From positions 1 to 64,000 of IMG/VR virus record IMGVR_UViG_2700989413_000006: 64,000 nt of DNA; one strand, 5' to 3'. The notes beneath the pieces are model-generated. The model was not told the DNA's origin and did no database searches. It worked only from the letters and a program-made list of their open reading frames with translations. Made by a program: the position numbers and the translations under genes. This document shows, piece by piece, positions 55,528 to 64,000 of the stretch. This DNA is from a virus (lineage: Duplodnaviria > Heunggongvirae > Uroviricota > Caudoviricetes). Positions within the stretch are counted from its first letter, which is position 1. Each line of letters starts with the position of its first letter.

Positions 55528-56037
55528 TTACTGCTTTGCAAATGAAGGAATAAATGAATCTTTAAATGGGGAATCGCCTTCTTTGGATTTCAGCATTTCG
55601 CTTTTAGCGTTTTTAATCACTTCTCTAACATGGGCTTGATGAGCTTTAAATACTTCTTCGCCGAAATGCTCTTTTGCAGCTTGCAGAAAGACCGCTAGCC
55701 AATGATTGGTAAAATCACGAAGCATGTGACCTAGATCAAGCAAATATTCATCTTCTGATTTTTGAGCCAATAATTGTGCATATTCCTGAATTGATTCTGT
55801 GCCGGTATTCACGACTAATGCTGCTTGAACCTGTGCAACCACCCCCATAATGGCTCTCATGTAAACTTCAAGCTGTTGTGGACCATTAACGTGAGCTTTT
55901 ACAAACTCTTCGGTTAAATCCTGAATCTTGCGCATGTGATCAGGAAGCAAAGTCATGAAGCGTAATTCCTCAGCATCTACATTTGACTCTTTTAATGCCT
56001 TGATTAAAGCTTCTAATAAATCTTCTGCGTTGCTCAT
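55528..56037 (-). CDS. Hypothetical protein
   Basis: 169 aa. Confidence 0.4.
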   Translation of the reverse strand: MSNAEDLLEALIKALKESNVDAEELRFMTLLPDHMRKIQDLTEEFVKAHVNGPQQLEVYMRAIMGVVAQVQAALVVNTGTESIQEYAQLLAQKSEDEYLLDLGHMLRDFTNHWLAVFLQAAKEHFGEEVFKAHQAHVREVIKNAKSEMLKSKEGDSPFKDSFIPSFAKQ

Positions 56038-56642
56038 AATTTTTCCTGTGTGTTTGCTTTGAAACGGTTAGCAATTTCTAAAAGCGATAATCCGCTCTCG
56101 ATACTTGGTACAGTTAAGCTCTCACTCTCGATATATAAGTTAGCGCTTACTTTATTTTCTTGTTGCGATTCTACATGATCATCTTTGGTATTCAAACTAT
56201 TTTTCTTTAGTTTAGTATTGATTGCATCACTTAATGAATAATTACCCTTTGAATTAACTGGAATTTCTTTATCTAGTTTTTCACCATTAATATTAGTAAG
56301 TTCTAACTTATAATCAAATTTAGAAGAAATAGAAATTCCTTGTTTAGCCAGCCGCTTCCCAACTTGTTTTCGCATTTCTGAACGATCAATGTAATAGAGA
56401 GCCTTACCTGCCTCAATTTCACGTTCACGCATTTCGGCAGCTTCACAGTGATGTCTGTGGATAGCGACTACGCAAACTGCATCCACCTCGCGCTCATTTC
56501 CCTCCTGAACATTATGGATACGCTTTAGGCATGCAGCATAATTAGGACGGTTGCCAGTATGAGGGCAAAAATCGCAGTAATAGGCATTTGTTCCGCTTCT
56601 GGATAATTCCAAATCGAGTACAGGAAGAGTTTTAGTTACCAT
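56034..56642 (-). CDS. Hypothetical Cys/His-rich protein
   Basis: 202 aa. Confidence 0.4.
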   Translation of the reverse strand: MVTKTLPVLDLELSRSGTNAYYCDFCPHTGNRPNYAACLKRIHNVQEGNEREVDAVCVVAIHRHHCEAAEMREREIEAGKALYYIDRSEMRKQVGKRLAKQGISISSKFDYKLELTNINGEKLDKEIPVNSKGNYSLSDAINTKLKKNSLNTKDDHVESQQENKVSANLYIESESLTVPSIESGLSLLEIANRFKANTQEKL

Positions 56643-57133
56643 GATCCTTGAACTCCTTTATAGGCAGCATACTCATCTGTATCAAGAATTAATTCGCTCA
56701 GTTCGCTTCTGATAGGTCCAAAATAATTTTGAAAAATTGACTTGATCTCAGCTTCTCGCCCTTTGTCAAAAATATTGGATGCTTCGCGACCGAAAATTGA
56801 TTGAGCATATTCAATTGGATTAATCGAATCCGAATTGGTAGACAATTCATCAACTAGATTACGTACAGCAGCCTTACTTAAATTCTTTACCCTTTCTGCT
56901 ACTGTTGAGTAAGAAAGTCCTTCGTATTTTTCAAGAATTTCGACCGTTCGGTGATACCCGCCCTTGTTATCATGGTAATCAACAGCCTTGATCGCCAAGC
57001 CTAATACTTCATCTTGAGTATGCTTGTGGACAGCAAAATATTCTGTGAGCTCCAAAACCTTTTCATTCGTTGTGGTTTTTGTCACCATAAACCGACAGTG
57101 TGGAACCCCAATAATTACTCTGTTCATTACCAA
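56636..57133 (-). CDS. Hypothetical protein
   Basis: 165 aa. Confidence 0.4.
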   Translation of the reverse strand: MVMNRVIIGVPHCRFMVTKTTTNEKVLELTEYFAVHKHTQDEVLGLAIKAVDYHDNKGGYHRTVEILEKYEGLSYSTVAERVKNLSKAAVRNLVDELSTNSDSINPIEYAQSIFGREASNIFDKGREAEIKSIFQNYFGPIRSELSELILDTDEYAAYKGVQGSW

Positions 57134-57681
57134 GACCCCAAAACTTCACCATAAAATTCTTGTCGTTGTGCCATGAGCTGAGCTGCCTTACGCTCTTCCT
57201 CTTCTTGTTTTCGTTGCCGTTCTTCCTCTGATTCATAGTTGAATGTAAATTTGTACATGTCATCAACTGGAATCCCGAACGTTTGAGACAAGGTTTCCAA
57301 GTATTTTTCAAAACCCTTTTCGGTAATCGCTGATGCGAAAGGCGCTCTAATGGCATTAATCTGAGAGTCGAGAGTCAAGTAAGTAATAAAATCATGGAAA
57401 TTATCAAATTCGTGCAAGATTTCGCTTTCACGTAAATCGCTATATTCACCTGCTTTACCTTTTACTTTTAGTGTTTTATTAAATTCGGTATCAAGAGTTG
57501 CACCATTACCTTCTTGATGGTGTTTGACTTGAGCGGTTTGATTTACCGCTGAGCCATAAATTTTGAATAATTGCGTGTTGCGTTTAGCTCCGTCCTGTAC
57601 CGATAACAAGAACATCGAATAATATTTTGTCCCACTCGTATGCAATGAGTAGGCACTTCTGACCACAATTTTTAAACTCAT
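57127..57681 (-). CDS. Hypothetical protein
   Basis: 184 aa. Confidence 0.4.
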   Translation of the reverse strand: MSLKIVVRSAYSLHTSGTKYYSMFLLSVQDGAKRNTQLFKIYGSAVNQTAQVKHHQEGNGATLDTEFNKTLKVKGKAGEYSDLRESEILHEFDNFHDFITYLTLDSQINAIRAPFASAITEKGFEKYLETLSQTFGIPVDDMYKFTFNYESEEERQRKQEEEERKAAQLMAQRQEFYGEVLGSW

Positions 57682-57744
57682 AGTAAAAGCACCTTGAAAA
57701 CTTCAACAATATTTTAAAAACAATGATTTGGAATCAAATACGAT

Positions 57745-58854
57745 TCAGACTTTACCCATATACTTAATGCGTAAACTTACTGCGCTAATTGGCGTAATTG
57801 GTATCGCTTTTCGATACGCTGTGCGAACGATTTCAGGGTCGACTTCATTGGGGTCACATCCAGCAGGCAACGTGGCCAACCTTGCTTTTATGCCAAAGCT
57901 ATTTATCTTTAAACATGCGTCGATCGCAGACAGAATTGCGGCAGGCTCTCCATCCCACATAATCGTCACGCACTCCAATCCCTCATCTTTAAGCTTTAGT
58001 AGTTCAGCCATTTGAGATTCATCACCACCTACCGAAAGATGCTTACCAAATGACGCGACAACTCCAACATTGCAAAGGAACTCGTCTTCCTTGAAGGCTT
58101 GATATATCGCCATAGCGTCAAAAGCACCCTCTCCCATGACGATTTCAACGTAACCTAGGGCATTATGGCCGTTATATAGGTAAGTGCCCGTAGACGCGAA
58201 ACCAGGAGGAAATAGATACTTCTTTTCAGCCTTTCCTGTAATGTCCCGACCCTGAAAAGACACAAGCTTGCCTTCAAGGTCCCTGACAGGAATGATGATT
58301 CTCATGCTGTAGTTTTGGTATTGCTTTTCACCCGTTGGGCCTATGTATGCAAACCAACCCTTTTGACAGAATTTCAGTCCAAATTCACGACACGTATCGA
58401 GCGTTATATTTCGCTCTTTAAGGTACTTTAGGTTCTGACCCATGATCGGCAAGTCATAGGCTTTTGGAAGCTTTAGATCGCCAATTTTGGTTTGTGTGGG
58501 TTCACTTTTGCGCTTTGGCTGCCAGCCCTGCTCCTGAGCAATTGCTTTAACATGCTCGACTATCTCTTTATTGCTTAGGCTATTACCGCCTATACCAGCC
58601 TTAATAAACTTCCATTTCGAGAATTTGGTTTCGCAATCACCATGAAAGCAGTTACCCAAACCCGTATCCTGATTCAGATAGACTTTCCAGCTTGAGTTAC
58701 CACATACCGGACATTCCTTAACATTCAACTGGATTCCGTTTTTTCCGCGAGTTACTTTGTATTCAAACCCTTCGCGGTTAAGCCAATACTCCATATCAAT
58801 GCGGTCTAATATCTCCGCTAAACTTTCTTGATCGCTCATATTGCAAAATCGCAT
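57745..58854 (-). CDS. dnaG: DnaG-like DNA primase (zinc-binding domain plus Toprim)
   Basis: Zinc ribbon CPVCGNSSW...CFHGDC and Toprim EIVMGEGAFDAMAI ... IMWDGE. Confidence 0.75.
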   Translation of the reverse strand: MRFCNMSDQESLAEILDRIDMEYWLNREGFEYKVTRGKNGIQLNVKECPVCGNSSWKVYLNQDTGLGNCFHGDCETKFSKWKFIKAGIGGNSLSNKEIVEHVKAIAQEQGWQPKRKSEPTQTKIGDLKLPKAYDLPIMGQNLKYLKERNITLDTCREFGLKFCQKGWFAYIGPTGEKQYQNYSMRIIIPVRDLEGKLVSFQGRDITGKAEKKYLFPPGFASTGTYLYNGHNALGYVEIVMGEGAFDAMAIYQAFKEDEFLCNVGVVASFGKHLSVGGDESQMAELLKLKDEGLECVTIMWDGEPAAILSAIDACLKINSFGIKARLATLPAGCDPNEVDPEIVRTAYRKAIPITPISAVSLRIKYMGKV

Positions 58855-58865
58855 TAGATAAAATT

Positions 58866-58914
58866 AGCGCTTATTTATACTAGCACAAATTTATAAATAA
58901 GCGCTTACTATAAT
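58866..58914. promoter_or_regulatory. 14-bp perfect inverted repeat AGCGCTTATTTATA / TATAAATAAGCGCT (12-nt spacer), overlapping a conserved 18-mer ATAAGCGCTTACTATAAT (58897-58914)
   Basis: Between the helicase stop and the primase start. Confidence 0.5.
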
Positions 58915-58926
58915 ATTGGGTTAAAT

Positions 58927-60330
58927 TTATTCGACGCTAATCACTTCTTCCAAGAACCTCATCATGGACACATTCTGCTTAATCACCACAGTAACCCCCA
59001 TCTCTTGGTTTCGAGAAGCTGCAAAGTACAATCGAGCCTGACCTTTCGCTCTCTCTTCCTCTGTAATGTTGATGGAGATTGCAACGTCAGCGGTCCTGAT
59101 TTTGTTAAAGTCCTCAGCTACGTGCTCTGCCTTGGCTACCGTTGACTTAAAGCCCTCACGGTTGGTCTGAGTAGCTGTCAGTAACGCCACATTCTCTTCA
59201 AAAGCAATCGCGCGTAAATCAACATAGACAACTCTTGAGTTCTCTTTTGGGTCATTTGTACGAATATCTGGACGCATCAAATCTGCATAGTCCACAATGA
59301 TCATATCGAACTTGATTGGCGGTCTTATCGTTCCATCAGGGTTCCGCCCAGGATTCTTATACCTATCAATTAATGCTCTTAGCTGTGACGGAGAAAATGT
59401 ACCGGAACCAAATTCATGAATAATAAATTTGCCCGCCGTCTTGGCTACCGTCTCGACCGCAGTTGCAACACTTGCAGCCTTCGACGCCAATTCTTTCATG
59501 ATCACTTTTGAAATAGAGGCATCTAAACGGTCTGCAATAATGTCTTTACCAACTTCTAGCGTTACATATAGAACGTTGTATTTAGCAAAGCTTGCGATAC
59601 GGCCAAAGTGAATAAGCGCTTGCGTCTTACCTGCTTTTGCACCGCCCATTAATAGAGACAGCTCCTTGCGTCCCCAACCTCTGTGATACAGCAGATCATC
59701 AAGTTCTTTACAGCCAGTAGTAATGCCTGTCGGAGGTACTTTGCCTGTCAGCTTCTCGATACGTGCCAGCTTACGATTCAACGCCTGAGCGAAGAAGTCA
59801 TAACCAACACCCTCTTCATTCAATCCGACCGCAATAGCTTCCTTGATACGCGCTTCAATCTTGGCGTAATTCCCTGCCTCAAGATCAGGAACAGAATTAA
59901 CAATCGCATTGGATACCGCCTGTTTTCGCGCGAACTCAACAACCTTTTCTTCAACGAAAGCCTTGTCAGTGACATAGATGCCAATTAATTTCTTCCTTGC
60001 TTCCACAATTGCCGCTAAAGTTTCTCGCTTATAAACTTTAGAAGCAGCTTTATCCTTGATAATTTGGACAACAGAAGCAGGATCAGGAGAACATCCATAT
60101 TTATTGAAGTGTTGGAGCGCAATATCGACCAGACATGCTTCACCCTGATTTTCGAAAAATTCTGGCTTCAGAATATGGGCGGCTCTTCTAAGAAACTCAT
60201 CGTCACGTAAAGTTAAAGCCGCAATTTTTGATTGAAACTCATCGTCGTAATCAAACTTTTCTTCGGTGAAGCCTTCGAGTTCTTTATCAACGACCTCTTC
60301 TTCATGAATTTCGGCCACAGCAGTAGACAT
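58927..60330 (-). CDS. dnaB: DnaB-family replicative helicase
   Basis: Walker A GGAKAGKTQ, Walker B DMIIVDYADL, H4-like LLTATQTNREG. 467 aa, no intein. Confidence 0.8.
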   Translation of the reverse strand: MSTAVAEIHEEEVVDKELEGFTEEKFDYDDEFQSKIAALTLRDDEFLRRAAHILKPEFFENQGEACLVDIALQHFNKYGCSPDPASVVQIIKDKAASKVYKRETLAAIVEARKKLIGIYVTDKAFVEEKVVEFARKQAVSNAIVNSVPDLEAGNYAKIEARIKEAIAVGLNEEGVGYDFFAQALNRKLARIEKLTGKVPPTGITTGCKELDDLLYHRGWGRKELSLLMGGAKAGKTQALIHFGRIASFAKYNVLYVTLEVGKDIIADRLDASISKVIMKELASKAASVATAVETVAKTAGKFIIHEFGSGTFSPSQLRALIDRYKNPGRNPDGTIRPPIKFDMIIVDYADLMRPDIRTNDPKENSRVVYVDLRAIAFEENVALLTATQTNREGFKSTVAKAEHVAEDFNKIRTADVAISINITEEERAKGQARLYFAASRNQEMGVTVVIKQNVSMMRFLEEVISVE

Positions 60331-60366
60331 ATAAGATAATCCTTATAGAAAATAGATGGCTTACGT

Positions 60367-60798
60367 TTAAGATTTAGATTTCGACTTTCTCTCTAGCTCA
60401 TCAACTAGGTCTTCAATCCCCTTAGTTGGTGAGAACTCGGAAATTTGGTGTTTGAAAAGAACACGCGCACGATAACGACCGTTTTTATCACCATTCAAAT
60501 AACAACGAAGCGAGATCGTTTCTGCATCCGCAGCACGGATGTATCCACGCACAACTTCGCCGTCTGTTTTAATGACTACAATTTCCTGTTCTTGCTCTTG
60601 CAGCTTGCGAACAAACTTCATGTAGCCCATTTCTTCAATTTCGCATTCGTTCGCAGGCAGCCTACGCCCATACGTTTTACGCGGCTGAAATTGAAGTTTT
60701 TGCTTTTCTTCCGTATTTAAGTAAATAGACTCCTTTGAAATTGGAGCGCTATTGCCGAACTTGTTTTGTATCGCAAGTTCTTTCTGCCATTCGCTCAT
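60367..60798 (-). CDS. Hypothetical protein
   Basis: 143 aa; preceded by a promoter-like copy of the 18-mer. Confidence 0.4.
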   Translation of the reverse strand: MSEWQKELAIQNKFGNSAPISKESIYLNTEEKQKLQFQPRKTYGRRLPANECEIEEMGYMKFVRKLQEQEQEIVVIKTDGEVVRGYIRAADAETISLRCYLNGDKNGRYRARVLFKHQISEFSPTKGIEDLVDELERKSKSKS

Positions 60799-60856
60799 TA
60801 AAACCTCGAAACATTAGTAATTACTATAAAAACGATATTATCAAATTATAGTAAGC

Positions 60857-60874
60857 GCTTATTAATATTTTAAG
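60857..60874 (-). promoter_or_regulatory. Second copy of ATAAGCGCTTACTATAAT (minus orientation); candidate operator overlapping the -10 (TATAAT) for the orf143-helicase operon
   Basis: Identical 18-mer to 58897-58914 in inverted orientation, about 58 nt upstream of the ATG at 60798. Confidence 0.45.
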
Positions 60875-60885
60875 AGAAAAAAGCA

Positions 60886-61617
60886 TTAAATACTGGATTT
60901 AATAGCTTGGTTGATGATCGAAATGTCAAAAGACTCTAAAGCTTTTTCAATGCGAAGTGCATCATAGCGATAAATGCATGTCCCTAATGCATAATGCTGC
61001 ACTTGACGCATCCGCACCTGCTTAACAATAAAATCTTCATAATCAACTTGCATTGGACTGTTATGAAAAAGTGTAGCGGTAAAATATGGACTTTTAGCGA
61101 TCTGGAGCGAAGCTTGACAATAAGACTCCCACTCATGGAACACTTCAATTAACAGTTCTTCTTTTTTTAGTTGAGCAGGTCTAGGTGGCAAAGGTCTACC
61201 ATTCGCAATCACCTTAAAGCATTTATCAAATGCGGTTTTTAAATAGAAGTCATAACGCATTCCCAAAGCATCAATTGCCTGTCTGAGTCGCCAAAATGAC
61301 AAGGCCTCACGGCTGAGTAAGAAATCTCGCTCCTTAATGGGTTTAACGAATTCGGCCGCCTTATGATCAATAGCTTTTCTATAAAAGTTTCGATATTCAT
61401 TTTTGAAAAGCCGAAAGAAGTAATAAGTGGCTTGCATGGGATGCATCAGCCTATAGTCAAACCACTTGGTTGTCATTAACTGCGTTTCTAGCTTCCGCTC
61501 TTTCTTGGGAATGTATTGAATGGTGAGAATTTCGTAATGTTCTAAATCAAGGTCATTGCCATAAAAGTGACCCGCCCAATCTAAATACTTGGGTATTTGT
61601 TTTTCAACTTGGGACAT
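60886..61617 (-). CDS. Hypothetical protein
   Basis: 243 aa. Confidence 0.4.
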   Translation of the reverse strand: MSQVEKQIPKYLDWAGHFYGNDLDLEHYEILTIQYIPKKERKLETQLMTTKWFDYRLMHPMQATYYFFRLFKNEYRNFYRKAIDHKAAEFVKPIKERDFLLSREALSFWRLRQAIDALGMRYDFYLKTAFDKCFKVIANGRPLPPRPAQLKKEELLIEVFHEWESYCQASLQIAKSPYFTATLFHNSPMQVDYEDFIVKQVRMRQVQHYALGTCIYRYDALRIEKALESFDISIINQAIKSSI

Positions 61618-61733
61618 CCGATCGTTTCCGAATAATTAATATAAAAACTTAAATATTATAGAAAGTATTATTTAATTATTCGTTAGCACTTCAAAAACCC
61701 AAGTTTTCGGAAAAGACCCAAGTGCCGGAATGT

Positions 61734-62855
61734 TTAAGCCGGTCTTTTAGAGTTATAAAGTTCAATTAATGCGTGTTGTAGAGTTACGCCTTTAATCTGG
61801 GCATATTCGCGGACGTATTCCTTGGTTACGCCTTCATCCAGCTTTAATAGAGCCTCATACAATCGTTTTATGCCATTTAATTCAAATTCATCCTTTTCTT
61901 CTACTGGCTTTTCAATAGCAGACTTATAAACGCCAGATTCAACGATAAATTCTTTTAATGGGTTCTCTTTGTTAAGGTCCTCTTCGCTGAGATCACTACC
62001 CAAAAACTCTTGGGTCGATACTTTTGGAAGCCTAATGTTTTCTAAAGGAGTGCCTGTCTTTTTAGCTGAATCGGAAGAAGGCTTGCTGTCATGGATTTCT
62101 TTCGCTTCGCCTTCAATGAAGTTATCGGTTTTTAAACTTACTTCAAAATAAATGCCCGTGATATTACGTCCTGTCTTGATTTTCTTTTCAGTAATAAACA
62201 GGTCAGTAAAACTATTAATCTGATCAATTGCCGGCTTCAATACACGTTTATTGAAGTTGGTCATATCCGTACTTTCGGGATTTTTCTTGTCTCTATACTC
62301 ATGAGGAAGAAGGCCCATCTTGGCACGGAAGTCCTCGAAGTCATAAACAGGAGTTTTACGTATATCCGAATTTTTCCAACTAGCGACCAACTCATACAGA
62401 CGGATGCCATATTTACTGGTCACATCGCGTAAATTGTCGATGGCATATTTGGTAAAGGTTCCTTCTAGCTTGGTTACTAGAGGAATCACATCAGGAGCTA
62501 GGGTGATCGTTAATAATGCATCATCCTTAACGTATGAAACTCGTGATACCCAACGTGACCGAACCACCTCAATCTTGCCATTTCGCATTGTGGTGTAAGA
62601 AAAACGTCTTTCAAATAAGGTATCTTCGGCTTCCTTCAGTGTTTTATATGCCGCGCTCACTGTTGTATTAAATTTTTGGGCATATAAGGAAGCAGGAATC
62701 TCGATAATCGTTTCGGCAGTCAGATCTGCATTCTTGTTTCTGGAAACTAAAATGGCGAGTAGAATTATTCTTTGCTCAGCAGTGTCCAAAGCGTAGCTTG
62801 CATTAATCAATGCATTCGCTTTATAAACATCTGAATTCCTAATAAGTTCTGCCAT
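61734..62855 (-). CDS. Rep_3-family (RepB/RepA-like) iteron-plasmid replication initiator
   Basis: N-terminal NALINASYALDTAEQRIILLAILVSRNKN...FNTTVSAAYKTLKEAEDTLFERRF matches the Rep_3 initiator pattern. Adjacent iteron array. Confidence 0.8.
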   Translation of the reverse strand: MAELIRNSDVYKANALINASYALDTAEQRIILLAILVSRNKNADLTAETIIEIPASLYAQKFNTTVSAAYKTLKEAEDTLFERRFSYTTMRNGKIEVVRSRWVSRVSYVKDDALLTITLAPDVIPLVTKLEGTFTKYAIDNLRDVTSKYGIRLYELVASWKNSDIRKTPVYDFEDFRAKMGLLPHEYRDKKNPESTDMTNFNKRVLKPAIDQINSFTDLFITEKKIKTGRNITGIYFEVSLKTDNFIEGEAKEIHDSKPSSDSAKKTGTPLENIRLPKVSTQEFLGSDLSEEDLNKENPLKEFIVESGVYKSAIEKPVEEKDEFELNGIKRLYEALLKLDEGVTKEYVREYAQIKGVTLQHALIELYNSKRPA

Positions 62856-62996
62856 ATATTCCGTTCAGAAAGGTTTTATTGGTTTTCGTAAAAGGTACAT
62901 GATTAGATAATGTTTGTAAATCTAGTTATCCAGCAGGAATTGAGCTGATTTATATTTAAGGATTTTGACCAAAACATGACAATGTAATGACATTAC

Positions 62997-63560
62997 CGGA
63001 GTTTTTGTACCTTTATATGCATTCCTTCGGAATTTTTGTACCGTTATAGGGTTTTTAAACGGAGAAAATGTACCGTTATGACTCCCCTATCGGAGTTTTT
63101 GTACCGTTATCTTGATTTTGGCTATTTGCTTAGCGGAGAAAATGTACCTTTATAGGGGTGTGAACGGAGAAAATGTACCGAAATCCTTTTATGTATTCTT
63201 TAAGTTAATGGAAAAATGGCTTTAAAAGGTACTTATTCGGAGTTTTTGTACCTTTATAGGACTTTTAACGGAGAAAATGTACCGTTAAAAGCGATTTAAC
63301 GGAATTTTTGTACCTTTTAAGCTATTGAAATTAAAGGCCAGAATTTTTGTACCGTTAAAAAGGAATATTTGTACCGTAATTAAAACTTTTTGTACCGTTA
63401 AAACGGAGTATTTGTACCGCTGAAACGGAGTTTTTGTACCTTAATAGGCTTTCAAAGCATTTATTAGCAATCGTTTCAGGCCCTCTAAAAGAAAAAAAGA
63501 AAAGATTTTAAATTCAAATAGGTTTTAAGTTATCCACAACGGAATTTTTGTACCGTTATT
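62997..63560. repeat. Iteron array (oriV): about 15 copies of an 18-20-bp repeat CGGAR(TTTTT/AAAAT)GTACCGTTA, with phased spacing (about 30-32 bp, then 20-23 bp)
   Basis: Direct repeats read from the sequence; two alternating subtypes (TTTTTG / AAAATG); located next to the rep gene. Confidence 0.85.
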
Positions 63561-63651
63561 ATCAGAACACTTGTAATTCAAAGCATAGAGCGTTTTTAAA
63601 AAAAAGAGTTCACAGAAAGAAGCGAAACATGTTTAAGTTTTAAATTCAAAT
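63506..63651. repeat. Two copies of the AT-rich 14-mer TTTTAAATTCAAAT (63506-63519 and 63638-63651); candidate DNA-unwinding-element repeats
   Basis: Exact duplicate 14-mers flanking the last iteron and the DnaA box. Confidence 0.45.
63530..63538 (+). promoter_or_regulatory. Perfect DnaA box TTATCCACA
   Basis: Exact consensus 9-mer, inside the iteron region. Confidence 0.6.
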
Positions 63652-64000
63652 TAATGTCTGTTTTGGAAATAAGAGAAAACAAGGATGATGCATGTTGTGA
63701 ATAACATCAGGAATGTAACAAACGAAAGAAAAAAAGAAGCCATTATTAACGACTCATAGGCGCACACTGTAAACAAACAGTGACATGGATATTGTTTTGA
63801 ATAGTAGAAGCTGTACATCCTGAAATCAGGATGCACAGCATGAATAGGGTTAAAAGTTTCATGCTAAAAATAATTTCTTTTCAGCAGAACGGCGATTAAC
63901 CAAACCAGGAATCCGTTTACCGTTGTCAAAAACCCAACGATCAAACTGATTTGCAGCTCCAGTAAAATTGCCTTGGTTGAGTAAAACCAGCATTGTGCTT

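Noticed and set aside
62997-63560. The regularly spaced direct repeats could be mistaken for a CRISPR array
   Set aside because: The repeats are 18-20 bp with irregular, very short 'spacers' (0-20 bp). Two alternating repeat subtypes are present and there are no cas genes. The array sits beside a Rep_3 initiator and a DnaA box, which together describe an iteron origin.
63840-64000. Partial minus-strand ORF running off the right end of the window (...KHNAGFTQPRQFYWSCKSV*)
   Set aside because: Only about 19 codons are visible, which is too little to call.

Overview
This 64-kb window is AT-rich (about 40% GC) and gene-dense. It looks like the replication, nucleotide-metabolism and maintenance half of a large phage-like element that also carries a plasmid-type replicon, so a phage-plasmid is the most economical reading. 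No virion structural or packaging genes are visible.

From about 1.5 to 48.8 kb nearly every gene is on the minus strand. Recognisable products include:
- an ArdA-like antirestriction protein, a GcrA-like regulator and RNase H;
- the DnaQ-like proofreading exonuclease and DNA Pol III alpha (DnaE);
- dUTPase, ThyX, a dNK-like kinase and class Ia ribonucleotide reductase NrdA/NrdB;
- a RuvC-like resolvase and SbcC/SbcD;
- a RecA-family recombinase interrupted by a 155-aa mini-intein;
- a 5'-3' flap exonuclease and a gp32-like single-strand-binding protein;
- a sigma-70-like protein and a CobS/CobT-like AAA+/VWA pair;
- an SPFH lipoprotein, a kinase-fold protein and a SleB-like cell-wall hydrolase.

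A single plus-strand island sits inside this block and carries a Doc/Fic toxin with its antitoxin.

From 49 to 64 kb the content is plasmid-like:
- an XRE HTH regulator and a short tyrosine recombinase;
- ParA with a small partner protein, preceded by direct repeats;
- guanylate kinase and an ATP-dependent DNA ligase;
- DnaG-like primase and DnaB-like helicase;
- a Rep_3 initiator next to an origin with about 15 iterons, a perfect DnaA box and AT-rich 14-mers.

A perfectly dyad-symmetric 20-bp element (ATCAGTCAGTACTGACTGAT, with variants at the central two bases) occurs about 16 times. It sits in intergenic gaps between 0.2 and 49.3 kb and is absent from the plasmid module, which has its own AGCGCT-centred palindromic signal. 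That points to two separate regulons.

All functional calls rest on motif-level reading of the translations. No database search was possible. The supplied ORF track uses TTG/GTG as alternative starts, so several starts were refined to ATG by inspection.
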